Shown piece after piece: positions 39,490 through 51,815 of a stretch of DNA of 64,000 nucleotides. Position 1 is the first letter of the stretch. Each line of letters begins with the position of its first letter. The position numbers and the translations under genes were made by a program. The notes below the pieces were generated by a model, which did not search any database, was not told the origin of the DNA, and saw nothing but the letters and a program-made list of their open reading frames with translations. Source of the stretch: Raja brachyura (Eukaryota); contig OY740821.1 in the NCBI GenBank assembly GCA_963514005.1, positions 15,128,001-15,192,000 of the forward strand, given 5' to 3'.

Positions 39490-39775
39490 GTAAAATCCCA
39501 GAAATGACATTGACATAAATGAGCAGATAATGTGCTTTAATGATTGAGGGAGTAGCAGCTCTTGGGCAATTCCACTTGCTCTTCAGGTGCCATGGGATTT
39601 TGTACATCCATGACAGGCTGACAATGACTCCTTTCAACATCTCATCTGGAAGACTGAATCCCCGCCTGGGTGTCTCCCCCTCAGTATGGCACTGGGAGCA
39701 TCTGCCTGCATTGGGGGACAATCCAGCGTGGGACCCCAACCCACGACCTCAGTGGCGAGAGGAATCCCTGTGGAA
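39490..39775 (-). mobile_element. Deu-domain-type SINE remnant
   Basis: Minus strand contains cagtgccatactgaggg...cagatgagatgttgaaagg...ggatgtacaaaatcccatggcac...ccctcaatcatt, similar to the 47990-48268 copy. Confidence 0.55.
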
Positions 39776-42700
39776 CCACAGCTGGGTCTGTATTCCATTC
39801 CCCGGTCCCGACATCCTTCACCTTGACAGGCAGGAAATCTTAAAGAAAATGTTATTTATGTACAGAGCGGACTGGGGTGAGTGCTGCTGCATTCCTATCA
39901 CATGTAGTTAGGGGATTTGGCAAATTGTTGCCAATGCCTGGAATACCTGGCAAAGGGACGCGGTTTCCACCTGTCTCGTTTATCCCATCTTCACACCTGC
40001 TAGGGTTGAATTATTGCATTATTTTTCATATTGTTTGCAACTTCAGACAATGTTTTCCACCGACAGCCGAGTGTCTGTCTGGAGCTGTCCGCCTTTGTGG
40101 AGCTACACGGGAACAGGTGGAGGCCATTCAGCCACGGGCTTGTCTATCGTTTGGGTTGATCTGTAACTCATCCTTGTTCATGTGCCTTTCCTCTGTAGCC
40201 CCTGGTGTCTGCAACCAGTTCTGGAATTTCCGTGCTAGCCCAGTAATCACTGCTCTTTGTAGGGGAGAGACTGTCGAATTCTGACACTGCAACAATGTTT
40301 CTTGGTTCTGCGATGAATTTTGCGATGAATTTTCAGTTTTCTCTGGATTCCCACACCAGAGAAATGGTTCCGCTGTTGTTCATTGCTTCAAACACCCTGG
40401 TTCGAACTGTGCAGGGAGGAACTGCAGATGCTGGTTTAAATCGAAGACGGACACAAAAGGCTGGAGTAACTCGGTGGGTCAGGCAGCATCTCTGGAGAAA
40501 AGGAATAGGTGACGTTTCAGTCAGAAGAAGGGTCTTGATCTGAAAGGGTTACACAAAAAGCTGGAGAAACTCAGCGGGTGCAGCAGCATCTAAGGAGCGA
40601 AGGAGGAAATGTCACCTATTCCTTTTCTCCAGAGATGCTGCCTGACCCGTTCAGTTACTCCAGTATTTTGTGTCTGACCCTGGTTAGAACTGCCTTCCAT
40701 CACAGAACCATAGATGTTTATAACATTAAAGAGGGCACACCACCCATCCTGCCCACGACAATCTTCTGCAGTGGATGAGAAGAGCAAAATGCCCTGCCTT
40801 GAGTGGATCTATTAATCACTGTTAATCTATCTGTGAACCTTATCTACCAACTATGTCGCCCACAAAGTTTGTAATGAAATTCTGGCTGTTTCAGTTACCA
40901 ATATTAGCTTTAAATCCATGTTTATTTAAATATACTTGCATGTAAACTCCCAGTTGCTATAATGAGATTCAAACTCGAGTAGCTAGTTCTATAGTGCATT
41001 CTGACTGCTGGTCTGGTCATTTAACCACAGCTACTGTAACCACACTTTCTAGTGGGTGCACAGATGCTGTAGAGAGACCATTTGGATGGCCAATGTGGAC
41101 ACAATGCAGTCATCTTTCCCCTATGAGATGACCAGCTTGTTCACAAGGCGATCCCTTGTGCTGCTGCCAACATCAGTGCAACTGTACCAAGGGGTGGCTT
41201 AACATTGGGGAAGTGGGGTACTGTTGGTATGAGTCAATGTACTGTGGCATTCAGGGTAGCTTGATTAATTTATTTCAAGCACGGAGGGGGAATAAACTGG
41301 AGGAAAATTGCAACAGGCCTTTCTCATGCTCGGTTGAAGAGTGGAGACCCAGGAGCAGAACACCACCCTGCCCTTTTTGTCTGTGAAGTGCCCTGTACAC
41401 GTGAAGAAGAGGCGAGAGGAGGGAAGCGGGGTGCCTATGGAGGGGTATGTGTAATGGTTGCATGTTCCGAATTCCAATCAGGAAAACCTTTTGGTTGTGT
41501 GACTGAGTAGAGTCGGTAGCTGAGTCCCTGGATGGTACTTCATACCAGGGACGTGTGGGCAGGGGAGGCAGAGCCTCATCTGTCATACTCCCAATGAAAA
41601 TAGCTGTTCAGAAAAGTAAAGAAAGATAAAATAAAATAAATATAAAGATTTTTCCACTGATCTGTTATAAATGTAATTCCTATATGAATCTAATTTTTTA
41701 TAGTCAAAATCGCCAAATTTGTGCAGCTCCACTGCAAATACAGGGAGACGTGAGGCAGCCGCCAGCTGAGCCTCCCCTCTGATTACGCAACCCCTCAGAA
41801 ACTGAATGTAGCGCGGGCAATAAGCGTGTGCCTGTTACTATCTCTACATATGTCACCAATGTAATGTTTGTAGACCCCTTCATCATATGTCCTCGCCTTC
41901 CATAGTCCAGGTAGCTTATTTCACGTATAAATATATTAATTTTAGGCTTGCTGGTCTCGTCATAAAACCGCAATGAAAAAGCACCAGGGGAGGCAGCGAT
42001 CACATCTGCCTCGCTGAGGGAGCGTGTCTTGAGCCCAGTGGAGGGAGAGCGAGCGTCGATTACATAGGCTCAGCCCACGTAATTAACGCTGCCTCACTCT
42101 CCCTCCACGTTAGCGAGCTTCAGCAGCAGTGGTGCAGCACTGGATTCCACCGCTGGCGGCGCTGACTGGTAGGTTGATTCGTTGAATTGTAGCAGCCGAT
42201 TCGGAGGCTCTGGGCCGCTGAGAGCTCCCAATTGGGCCCCGCGCCTAAGGGGGCCCTGCGCTGGAGTAATGGACTCTCAGTTCGGATAGAAATAGATCTA
42301 CCCCGGGTGGAGGGAGGAGAGAGAGTAGAGGGCTGGAGGGGGAAGCAAGGGGGAGATGGTGAGGGGGGTGTGAGGGGGAGTGGGAGGTGGGTCGTTCCCT
42401 CACGGTTCCCGGGGCAACGCTCCTGCCCCTCCAGTTGCTGTGCTTCACGCACACAGCCCCGGCTCCACCCGGCTCTCTCCCTGGGGAGATGCGGTGATCA
42501 ATACAGGGAAGGCCGGGCCACTGATACTAGTCAGTGTCTCCCCAGCCATTGACCTCACCGCACGTCACTGCTTCATACCTGGCCATTGCAATAGGTCTGG
42601 GTCTATTTGCCCTTTGATTCTCCTCCTGTGTGCAGTGGCTGGGGTGGGGCCTGGGAGGGAGGGAGGGGGGGAAGAGAGGCTCAGCACCTCCTCTTGATGC

Positions 42701-43584
42701 CAAATCTTAAATGGAATTCCATCTTGCTACCATCTGAGGCTTGTGGGGATCTGGGCACCTTTTCTGGGAGCCCATCTGTTTACACGAAATAAATGGAAGG
42801 AAATTCCTCATGCAGACTGCTTCTGCTGGAGTTTTTCCAAAAGGACATCTCTGGAAAGATCAAGGTTGAGAGGAGGAATCCCTTGTTTAAAAGGAGAACT
42901 ACATTCTCTTAATGCACGGCCAAATATAATGGAACACCCAGGGAGTCCAAGAGTTGCATCTGCACTGTCGACACTATTATTTAAGTACATCGAAAAAATG
43001 TCGAACATTTCAGCATCAAAGCAGATGCTAAAATATTTTTACCATGTTTCCTTAAACAATGCCAAAATATGTTTTCAGACACTATGTGATATCGGCTCAA
43101 GCCGGGCATTTGAAGAATTGTTTCCTACTGACCATAAGCAATTGTTGGCTACCTGCGTCCCAGCTCATACCAAGGGCTTGACCTGAATGGAGTGGTTGCA
43201 ACAGCAGGAAGGATTCTTTATCCCAGTAAGGAAGTTTCCCCAGTAGATGTCTTTGAAGCCATGGTAGGGTTTGTGCGGGCTCACTGTAGACAAGATGCTT
43301 TCACCTGTGGGGAAGACCAGAATTCAAGGTTGTAAAGATATGGTCAGTGATGATGGTAACATGGCATTCTGGACAGCAGAGAGAATGTGAGGGTGGCTCC
43401 CATGTGGAAGAGTTTAGGTAAACAGCAGAGAAAGGTGTATGAGGAAGCTAGATAAAGACACAAATGGTAGAAGGATGTGGCGGTGAGGTAGATGGAGAGA
43501 GATGGGTGGAGCCTTTGTGGAGCCTTTGTATCTATTCTGAATACCAGGATAGATAAATTGGGCCAAATGGCCTCTTCTGTGCCA

Positions 43585-43837
43585 TTGACGTCGGTAGTCG
43601 CCAATGGAAATTACCAAAGTCAGCACCGGAGTCAACCTATGTCATCCTTGCGACAGCACCTACGTCAGGCTACGATTGTTGGTGTCAAGCCCATGTGCGC
43701 CGACTGTTGCCGAAAAGATTTGAACATTTCAAAATCCAGCGGCGACCAGAAAAAAGGTATGGCTCTTGGGCGACGTAGGAGACCATACAGGCGACAGCCT
43801 AGTCGCCTAAAAAATCGCCTAAGTGGGACAGGGGCAT
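43585..43837. mobile_element. One end of a CpG-rich non-autonomous DNA transposon
   Basis: Abrupt CpG-rich block with repeated gtcgcc/ggcgac motifs, ending in TIR-like cgcctaagtgggacagggg. No matching opposite end was seen. Confidence 0.45.
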
Positions 43838-43973
43838 TCACCTGATCCCCTAACGTGTCGCAAAGACACCTCAGTAAGAAGGAACTGCAGATGCTGGTTT
43901 AAACTGAAGATAGACACAAAAAGCTGGAGTAACTCAGCGGGACAGGCAGCATCTTTGGTGAGAAGGAATGGGT

Positions 43974-44001
43974 GACGTTTCGGGTCGAGACCCTTCTTCA
44001 G
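43974..44001 (-). ncRNA. Minimal hammerhead-ribozyme motif, intact core with GUC site
   Basis: Minus strand reads CTGAAGA-A-GGGTC-TC-GACCC-GAAAC-GTC-ACCC at the 5' end of a short PLE-tail copy (about 43875-44001). Confidence 0.6.
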
Positions 44002-44003
44002 GG

Positions 44004-44370
44004 TTACATATAAAATCATAAAAGGACTGGACAAGCTAGATGAAGGAAAATGTTCCCAATGTTGGGCGAGTCCAGAACCAGGAGCCACAGTCTTAGAATA
44101 AAGGGGAGGTCATTTAAGACTGAGATGAGGAGAAACTTTTTCACCCAGAGAGTTGTGAATTTATGGAATTCCCCGCCACAGAGAGCAGTGGAGGCCAAGT
44201 CACTGGATGGATTTAAGAGAGAGTTGGATAGAGCTCTAGGGGCTAGTGGAGTCAAGGGATATGGGGAGAAGGCAGGCACGGGTTATTGATTGGGGACGAT
44301 CAGCCATGATGACATTGAATGGCGGTGCTGGCTCGAAGGGCCGAATTCCCTACTCCTGCATCTGTTGTCT
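44004..44370 (+). mobile_element. CR1-type LINE 3' fragment
   Basis: SRTRSHSLRIKGRSFKTEMRRNFFTQRVVNLWNS plus 3' UTR. Confidence 0.9.
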
Positions 44371-44739
44371 ATAAACCAGCATCTGCAGTTCTTTGTTTCT
44401 ACAGGAAAGCGTGTGCTTGAGAGGCTAAGGTGAGCAACATGGCTGAGATGTGGGGGCGCAGGGGCCGAATGGCCTACAATAGTCTATTGTCTATTATCCC
44501 ACTACCAGAACCAAAACAGATGATCACTTAACACACCTACTGCACCTATAGTCTATGTTTCAGACTCTCTTCATAGACATCACACTCCCTTTCTCCAGAG
44601 ATGCTGCCTGACCCGCTGAGTTACTCCAGCATTTTGTGTCTATCTTACATGGAAGTTCATTTTGAGGGCGTAACTTAAAAATAAAAAGCATTGTTGTTCA
44701 GGGTAAACGTATCCCGGTTGGTTCTCCATTGTTTTCCCA

Positions 44740-44975
44740 GGCACGATCGTCCCCTCTTGTCGTCAACGGAATCGTTGACGCTCGCCGCCGCCGCGCAACC
44801 TACCCTGATAGTCCACGGCCGACTGCTGATTGACGTGCGAGCAAACCAATTGCAGGGTGTCTGAGGGCGAGCGCGAACCGTTCCACCAAACAGCAGCGAG
44901 TGGGGGCGGTGCTTCCCCTCTCCCGTGACAGGTTAGGTTGAGCGGTGGAGGACTTGCTGGTCGCAGTTAAAGGTG
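44740..44975 (+). promoter_or_regulatory. ORMDL2: CpG-rich promoter and probable non-coding exon 1 of ORMDL2
   Basis: Local CpG enrichment. TGACGTG at 44831, CCAAT at 44846, GC box GGGGGCGGT at 44902, strong donor GTG|gtgagt at 44975/44976. ORMDL genes typically have a non-coding first exon. Confidence 0.65.
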
Positions 44976-45736
44976 GTGAGTGGAGGGGCTGTTATCTCGG
45001 ATGGTTTCGTGCTTTTGAATGTCTAATACCCGTTTCTTGTGAATTAAGCAGATTAATTAAACGGCTTACCCCCCCCGTAAAATGTCCGTGCTCGTTAAGG
45101 GAAGGCCTTCTGAGCCTGCCTTTTGACATCTGCTCAACAGTTTCAATATTGTCGTTTTCACCTCGCCCTGCCGCATCATTCCTGTTTAAAAAAAACAAAA
45201 ATCACTTCGTGTTGAGGAAATAAGTGGTCCTAAGATGGGTTTTTATCAGTTCTGGTGGGAATTTTACTGGGAGATGATACACCGTGTTTTAAAGTTCGTA
45301 CTTTTAAAAGGATTATTTTCCTTTAAAAAGAAATCAATTGTTCTTGTTGCTTTGTTATCATTATGCCACTCTGTTTGTCTGGTTTGAGTACCTGGGCCAT
45401 TATAACAGTGAACTGAACCAATCCAATACACATAGGTAGAGTTTCTCATTGCCTGATTTAGAATATGCAGACAACTCTACTTGAGGGCCCAGAAAACTTA
45501 GGTAAGAGGAAATGATTTGGAACCTAGGGAGAACTTAACCAGCCAAAAGCCCAAAGTCTGATAAATTAGAGTCTGTCTGTCTGTCCAATTAGGTATTTGT
45601 ATCGATTGGGACATTGTCTTGCAGGGTTATCTGTGGCTGAGCTCCCACCTAGTTATAGTAGCTCCATGTCCAGGTTGGCAAGTCAATTTTCAACTGCCCC
45701 CTGGATTACAGTCAACTTGACTGGTACAGGCACCAG

Positions 45737-46157
45737 TTTATACTCTCTAGAATTTAGGAGACTGAGGGGGGATCTTATAGAAACTTACAAAATTCTTAAG
45801 GGGTTGGACAGGCTAGATGCAGGAAGATTGTTCCCGATGTTGGGTAGGTCCAGGACAAGGGGTCACAGCTTAAGGATAAGGGGGAAATCCTTTAGGACCG
45901 AGATGAGAAGGACTTTTTTCATACAGAGAGTGGTGGGTCTCTGAAACTCTCTGCCACAGAGGGTAGTTGAGGCCAGTTCATTGGCTATATTTAAGAGGGA
46001 GTTAGATGTGGCCCTTGTGGCTAAGGGGATCAGAGGGTATGGAGAGAAGGCAGGTACGGGATACTGAGTTGGATGATCAGCCATGATCATATTAAATGGC
46101 GGTGCAGGCTCGAAGGGCCGAATGGCCTACTCCTGTACCTATTTTCTATGTTTCTAT
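45737..46157 (+). mobile_element. CR1-type LINE 3' fragment
   Basis: YSLEFRRLRGDLIETYKILKGLDRLD...TRGHSLRIRG plus a 3' tail ending ttctatgtttctat. Confidence 0.9.
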
Positions 46158-47989
46158 TTGAGTGAGATTGCTGTCAAGGTCCCAGATTCCAGTGCGGGTG
46201 GTGTTTTCCTGGAGCTATTCCTAACTTCAATGAACCCCGACTGTCCCTCCCCAAAGAGGATACATTTTACCTTATATACATTATAAAGAAATGAAAAAAT
46301 CTTGTCGGACAGTTTTTCAAAAAGATTCCCTGTAAAGTATGTTTGTTTGTTCTTAGTTTGTGCACACCAAAAAAAATAAAATGGATCACCCCGCCGTTGA
46401 TAGGCCTTTTCTCAGTGTGTATAAGGTCAGGTGCCTAAACTAGTTAATAAAATTATATTATCCTGGCCTATTTGTGGATTCTGGTATGTGATCTTTGGAT
46501 TTTATGGTGAACAATGATGTAGTAATGCATTTAATGTAGTTAAACATCTTCATAGAAGCATCATATGAGAAGAATTGACTGAGGGAGAACTGGTTGATCA
46601 GAAGCACGGTCACTAAGAGGCTTCAATAAGTATAGTGAAGATGGAGAGGCAGAGCATGTTCCTACTCTCTAAAAGCCTGTCCACCATCTCCAGGCCATGA
46701 GAGAAGGGTGCGATGGATTAAGTCCAGCATGAGCTGATAACACAGGCCCCAGTGGTGGGGCAATATAAGTTGATGATGGTCAAAAGGCTAGAAATGGAGG
46801 GACAAATAGATCTAGGAAAGTGGAGGGGTTCGAGGTTACAGGGATATGAAAGGGTAAAGACTAAAATGATTTGAACATGACAGTGAGAATGATTAAGATG
46901 GCATTGTTAAACCAGGCGCCAGACAGATCAGCAAACAGGGAGGGTTAATGGGAGTTGGTGCAGGTTAGGACTAAGGGGCAAGAGATTTCTGGATGGACTG
47001 AAGATTGGAAGAAAGCTCTGCTGAAGTTATATTGGACAAGTTTTATAGTTCCTACATTGCCTGATGCAGTCTGTTCTGCTCTGATTCCTGCACTGATTGA
47101 AAGCACAGCTACCACCTTATGCAACTGAATCAACTTATTTCTACTGCGTTGCACGCAAACTGTAGCAGAAGCACGCAGCCTGTATTTAAATGAGGGGGCA
47201 ACAGCAACTGTGGAGCAGCGCAAATGGGCTGGGCAAAATGCGCAAGCAGCACCAGTGCATCTAGAGCGCAATTTCACCCCCATGCATGGCGATTTGGCAC
47301 TGTCTCGCTATCTCCACTGAGCAGGAGCTCAAACCCATTGCAGACACGTTTCTTTCTGGCATCTCCTTGCCTCAGCACGAGCTGTGTTCATGAGGCCGGT
47401 GCCTGCTCCACTACTTTTCTTCCTCACTTAGCCCTGGAGAGGTGGTTGGCGTGAGGCAAGAGAGGCTGTGCTTTCAAAATGGGAACTTTGACTTTCCAAT
47501 TTTACATTCTGGCAAATGCGCCAAGATCTTTTACCAAATGGTCTCAAGTGCATGCAGTAAAAGCTAATACAGTGCAAGCCTCCCATAACAGAGCCTGTTA
47601 ACCTATTCATCTTGTGTTGATAACTGATGGCCATTTTAACCAGCAAAGGGAATGTCTTTGTCATTAGCAGCTGTTTTGAATTTTTTTTGAATTACAAGCA
47701 GGATTGTCTGATGAATCTCATGGTGAAAATCTCATTGTGAATTGTGAGCAGTCATTCCGTAGGTTACGGATTTCAAATCAGATCACAAACTCCAAGGTAA
47801 GTCATAGGCTGCAGATAACAGAATGACATAAAACGCAATAAAATCCTAGTGAATTTACTGGTAATGCCTTTAATTCCAATGTACAGACAAATCACTGCTC
47901 CTACCTCTGGGTTAGAATCCTGTTTCAGTGACACATCGTGTGAATTTTCACAGGGACTCTGCGAGGCAAGTGCTGAACTGGTCCCGTTT

Positions 47990-48268
47990 TTGCGTGAGTT
48001 CAAAGTTATGGGTTCAAACTCCGCTCCGGGGATTGGAGCACAAAATTCGGGCCAGCGCAGAACTGGGGATGTGCTGAACTGTCAAGAGGCAGACGTGACA
48101 TTAAACCAGGGCCCTGTCTGCTCTCTTGGGTGGATGTGTAAGATCTCACAAGTACTATTTGGAGAAACAGCAGAGGAGATCCCCTTAGTGTTCTGGTCAA
48201 AGATTATCCCTCAGCCATCATCACTAAACTTGTGTTAAGTGATCATCTGTTTTGGTTCTGGTAGTGGG
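47990..48268 (+). mobile_element. Deu-domain-type SINE remnant (SacSINE1-like)
   Basis: B-box gggttcaaactcc and core ttaaaccagggccctgtctgctctcttgggtggatgtgtaagatc...tatccctcagccatcatcac. Identified from memory of the family. Confidence 0.6.
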
Positions 48269-48269
48269 A

Positions 48270-48998
48270 TAATAGACAATAGACTATTGTAGGCCATTCG
48301 GCCCCTGAGCCCCCACATCGCAGCCATGTTGCTCACCTTAGCCTCTCAAGCAGACGCAGGAGTAGGGAATTCGGCCCTTCGAGCCAGCACCGCCATTCAA
48401 TGTCATCATGGCTGATCATCCCCAATCCGTATCCCGTTCCTGCCTTCTCCCCATATCCCCTGACTCCGCTATCTTTAAGAGCCCTATCTAGCTCTCTCTT
48501 GAAAGCATCCAGAGACCCACCACTCTGTGTGAAAAAAGTCCTTCTCATCTCGGTCCTAAAGGATTTCCCCCCTTATCCTTAAGCTGTGACCCCTTGTCCT
48601 CTTTCTTACAGTTTGGCTTTCTTCCCAACCCATTGTTCAAGCGCTTTTGATTGCAACATGCGCCTTAATTTAGTTCAACAAAGAAACTGACAAGTTACTA
48701 AAGAACCTCCACCGCCCTCTGAGGCAGAGAATTCCACAGTCTCACCACTCTCTGTGAGAAAAAGCGTTTCCTCGTCTCCGTTCTAAATGGCTTACTTCAT
48801 ATTCTTAAACTGTGGCCTCTGGTTCTGGATTCCCCAAACATCGGGAACATGTTTCCTGCCTCTAGCGTGTCCAAACCCGTAACAATCTTATATGTTTCAA
48901 TGAGATATCCTCTCATCCTTCTAAACTCCAGTGTGTACAAGCCCAGCTGCTCCATTCTCTCACCAGATGACAGTCCTGCATTGCCAGGAATTAACCTT
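48270..48998 (-). mobile_element. Chimeric CR1 3' fragments
   Basis: Two CR1 pieces (48270-48600 and 48703-48998); LGLYTLEFRRMRGYLIETYKI. Confidence 0.85.
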
Positions 48999-49420
48999 GT
49001 CGCTGCTCTGTACACATTGGCAAGCCAGGAGTTACAAAGAACTGCAGATGTTTGTTTAAACAACAAGACACAAATGCTGGAGTAATTTAGCGACTAGGCA
49101 GCATCTCTGGAGAACATGGATAGGGTGTTTCGGGTCACCTCACCTATCCATGTTCTCCAGAGATGCTGCCTGACCCGCTGAATTTCTCCAGCACTTTGTG
49201 TCCTATTTTTACAAAAAGCTGTGAGTGCTGCTTTGTTGCTCGTGTGTGTGTCAACATTGCGTCTGAGAAAACACTGCCTTTGGTAGGATCTTATTAATGA
49301 AATCACTTCTTTCTGCATGACAGCTGCAGAAGCCATTGGCAGACTGTAAGTGGAGTGCACACAAAGAGGAGCATGTTCTTTTTTGTTTGAGCTTTGCCCT
49401 TCTTTAAAGTAGGAGACAGG

Positions 49421-49594
49421 ATGAACGTTGGTGTCGCTCACAGTGAGGTTAATCCCAACACTCGGATAATGAACAGCCGGGGGATCTGGCTAGCTTACCT
49501 CATTTTAGTTGGAATTCTCCACGTCGTCCTGCTGAGTATTCCATTCTTCAGCATTCCGGTGGTGTGGACGCTCACTCATATCATCCACAACTCG
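49421..49594 (+). CDS. ORMDL2: ORMDL2 first coding exon
   Basis: [58 protein letters not shown]; 174 nt; donor TCG|gtgagt. IWLAY and PFFSIPVV resemble ORMDL2 specifically. Confidence 0.93.
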
Positions 49595-49992
49595 GTGAGT
49601 GTAGGAGACTGGGCAGGGGTGGGGCGGGAAGGGTTAGGTATTGGAATGGATGCTCTATAAGGCTGCTGCCATTCTGGCCACCTTTTAGGAATAACATCAA
49701 AACAGCTGACAGCAAGTTTGTGATACAAGTGTGTTCAGCTGTTCTGAACCTATGAACTGCTGCTATGATCAGTCATTGGAACTCCCTGCTATCTTTGGTT
49801 ATAGGTGAACAAAGGACTAACCAAGTCCTCTTCTGATAGCGTGGGACATAGAATCAGTCCACTGTTCCTGCTTCCTCCCCATATCCCTTGATTCTGTTAG
49901 CCCCAAGAGCTATATCTAACTCTCTTGAATACATCCAGTGAATTAGCCTCCACTGCCTTCTGTGGCAGAGAATTCCACAGATTATAGAAGAT

Positions 49993-50013
49993 TGTGTGTG
50001 TGTGTGTGTGTGT
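49993..50013. repeat. (TG)n microsatellite
   Basis: Pure TG run in an ORMDL2 intron. Confidence 0.9.
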
Positions 50014-50221
50014 ACATATTGGATCAAGCTTCTCTGTAATGTCCACCACCTCCCCTTCCCTCACATGTCAGAGATGGCGAAGGTTTCTTAACCGTGTTTT
50101 ATTGCTCAAGGGTGTTGAGATTGTGCCCACTCCATAAATATATACCTAGGTTGTTTCAAGATGTCTGTTCTACCCACCACAAAACTGTCACCATCGTGTT
50201 GTAACGAGTGTCTGTTTGTAG

Positions 50222-50373
50222 GCAATGTATTGGTTTCTGCACACTGTCAAAGGAACACCCTTTGAGACTCCAGACCAAGGCAAGGCACGATTACTGACGC
50301 ACTGGGAGCAAATGGATTATGGGATCCAATTTACGTCATCGCGCAAGTTTCTCACCATCACACCAATAATTCT
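50222..50373 (+). CDS. ORMDL2: ORMDL2 second coding exon
   Basis: tttgtag|GCA...[50 protein letters not shown]...CT|gtaagt; 152 nt. Confidence 0.95.
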
Positions 50374-51815
50374 GTAAGTCTTTGTTTTGCCTTTGTGGTA
50401 GCTGCTTCAATTGTTTTAAACTGGTAGAAAATCTGGGACATTATTGTGAGAGAGAAGAGGGAGCCAGAAACCAACCAGTGAAATTCAGATTAAGTAAGTT
50501 TTAACCAGATTTCAAAGCTGTTCAAGCTATCCATAAACCAGCATTACTTAAAACAGATAATCTGTTCCTTATCAAATTGTTTTGCGGGGAAATCTTTTAC
50601 ATTGTTATAATGCCCATGTGCCAAAAAATATCTGCTTGATTGTAAAGTGCATTTTAGAAGGGCTGAGGGTAACACAAAATGCTGGAGAAACTCAGCGGGA
50701 CTTAACAGTGCATTTTAGAAGAGCTGAGGTGAAAATCTCTGTAGAAATGCAAGTGTGCCCTTTTCACATATCATGACAGGCGACGGTCTCATGCAGTGAG
50801 GATCCGCAACTCATACGGTGTCCCTGTGAATGAGAGTCCGCCTATTGGTCATCAGTCAGGCCTTGCATGTTTCACAGAAAAACACCCTTTCAACATACTC
50901 GCACCTCAAGTGTTCTCACGATGAAGGGACAGCAATACATTTCCAAAGCAGGGTGGTGTAACTTGGGAAGGAACCTGCAGATAGAGCTGCTCGCGTGTGC
51001 CCACCACTCTCAACTCCCAGGGGCTGGAGGCCAGACTCACTGTCAGAATAGCCTAGGTGACGATACACACTGCAGCCACTGTTGCCTGGTGGAGGGAGAG
51101 AATCGAGCATGCACTTCACTCTGGGTGATGTTGAGCTTCTTGAGACGTATTACACTTCATTCATCATACCCTTTTCTTTTATCTTGGAGATGATGGAAAG
51201 GCTTTTAGCGAGGAGGGAGAGTTCAGCTGCTGGTTGCTTTAAATGACCAATGGAAACAAACTTTTAACAAAGTCAATTATCAAAGTAATCAAGAACTATA
51301 AAGATGATTTTGTGGCATGGTATGAAGTGGGTGGACATTGGAGAAACTGAAATTGCTTCCTGTACAGGGGAAAGGGAGAATTAATGGTGACCTTCAAAAC
51401 CATGAAGGAATTTTGATGGAGAAGTATTTAAGCTGGAGGTAGGTACATTTTTTAAAAATCAGGGAAGAGGGCAGTGGTGAAGTGGTGCAGGCAAGAGGGG
51501 CCTGGTGCCAACATTCTGCTCCTATATTCTGATGTGGAGGCAGAGAAACTTTCCAGAGGCTGGAGGGGCAGCAAACAAAATTAATTTTTGTTTAAGATTC
51601 ATTTAAGATTTAAGATGACTGACAACATTACACAAAGTGGTTAAACATTTAGAGGCCATTCGGGAATGAGCAGGGGAGTGGAACTACTTGGAGTGATTGT
51701 TTCTAAGGCTAGCACACAAATTGTGGGCTGAATGGCACTTTTCTACAATATGATATGATGAATTAACTTTTACAGATTGTGTGTCATTTAATAAATGGTT
51801 ATGTTTTCTTTCCAG

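Noticed and set aside
42120-43186. Overlapping 100-147 aa ORFs
   Set aside because: Expected by chance in GC-rich sequence; low-complexity translations with no homology recognised.
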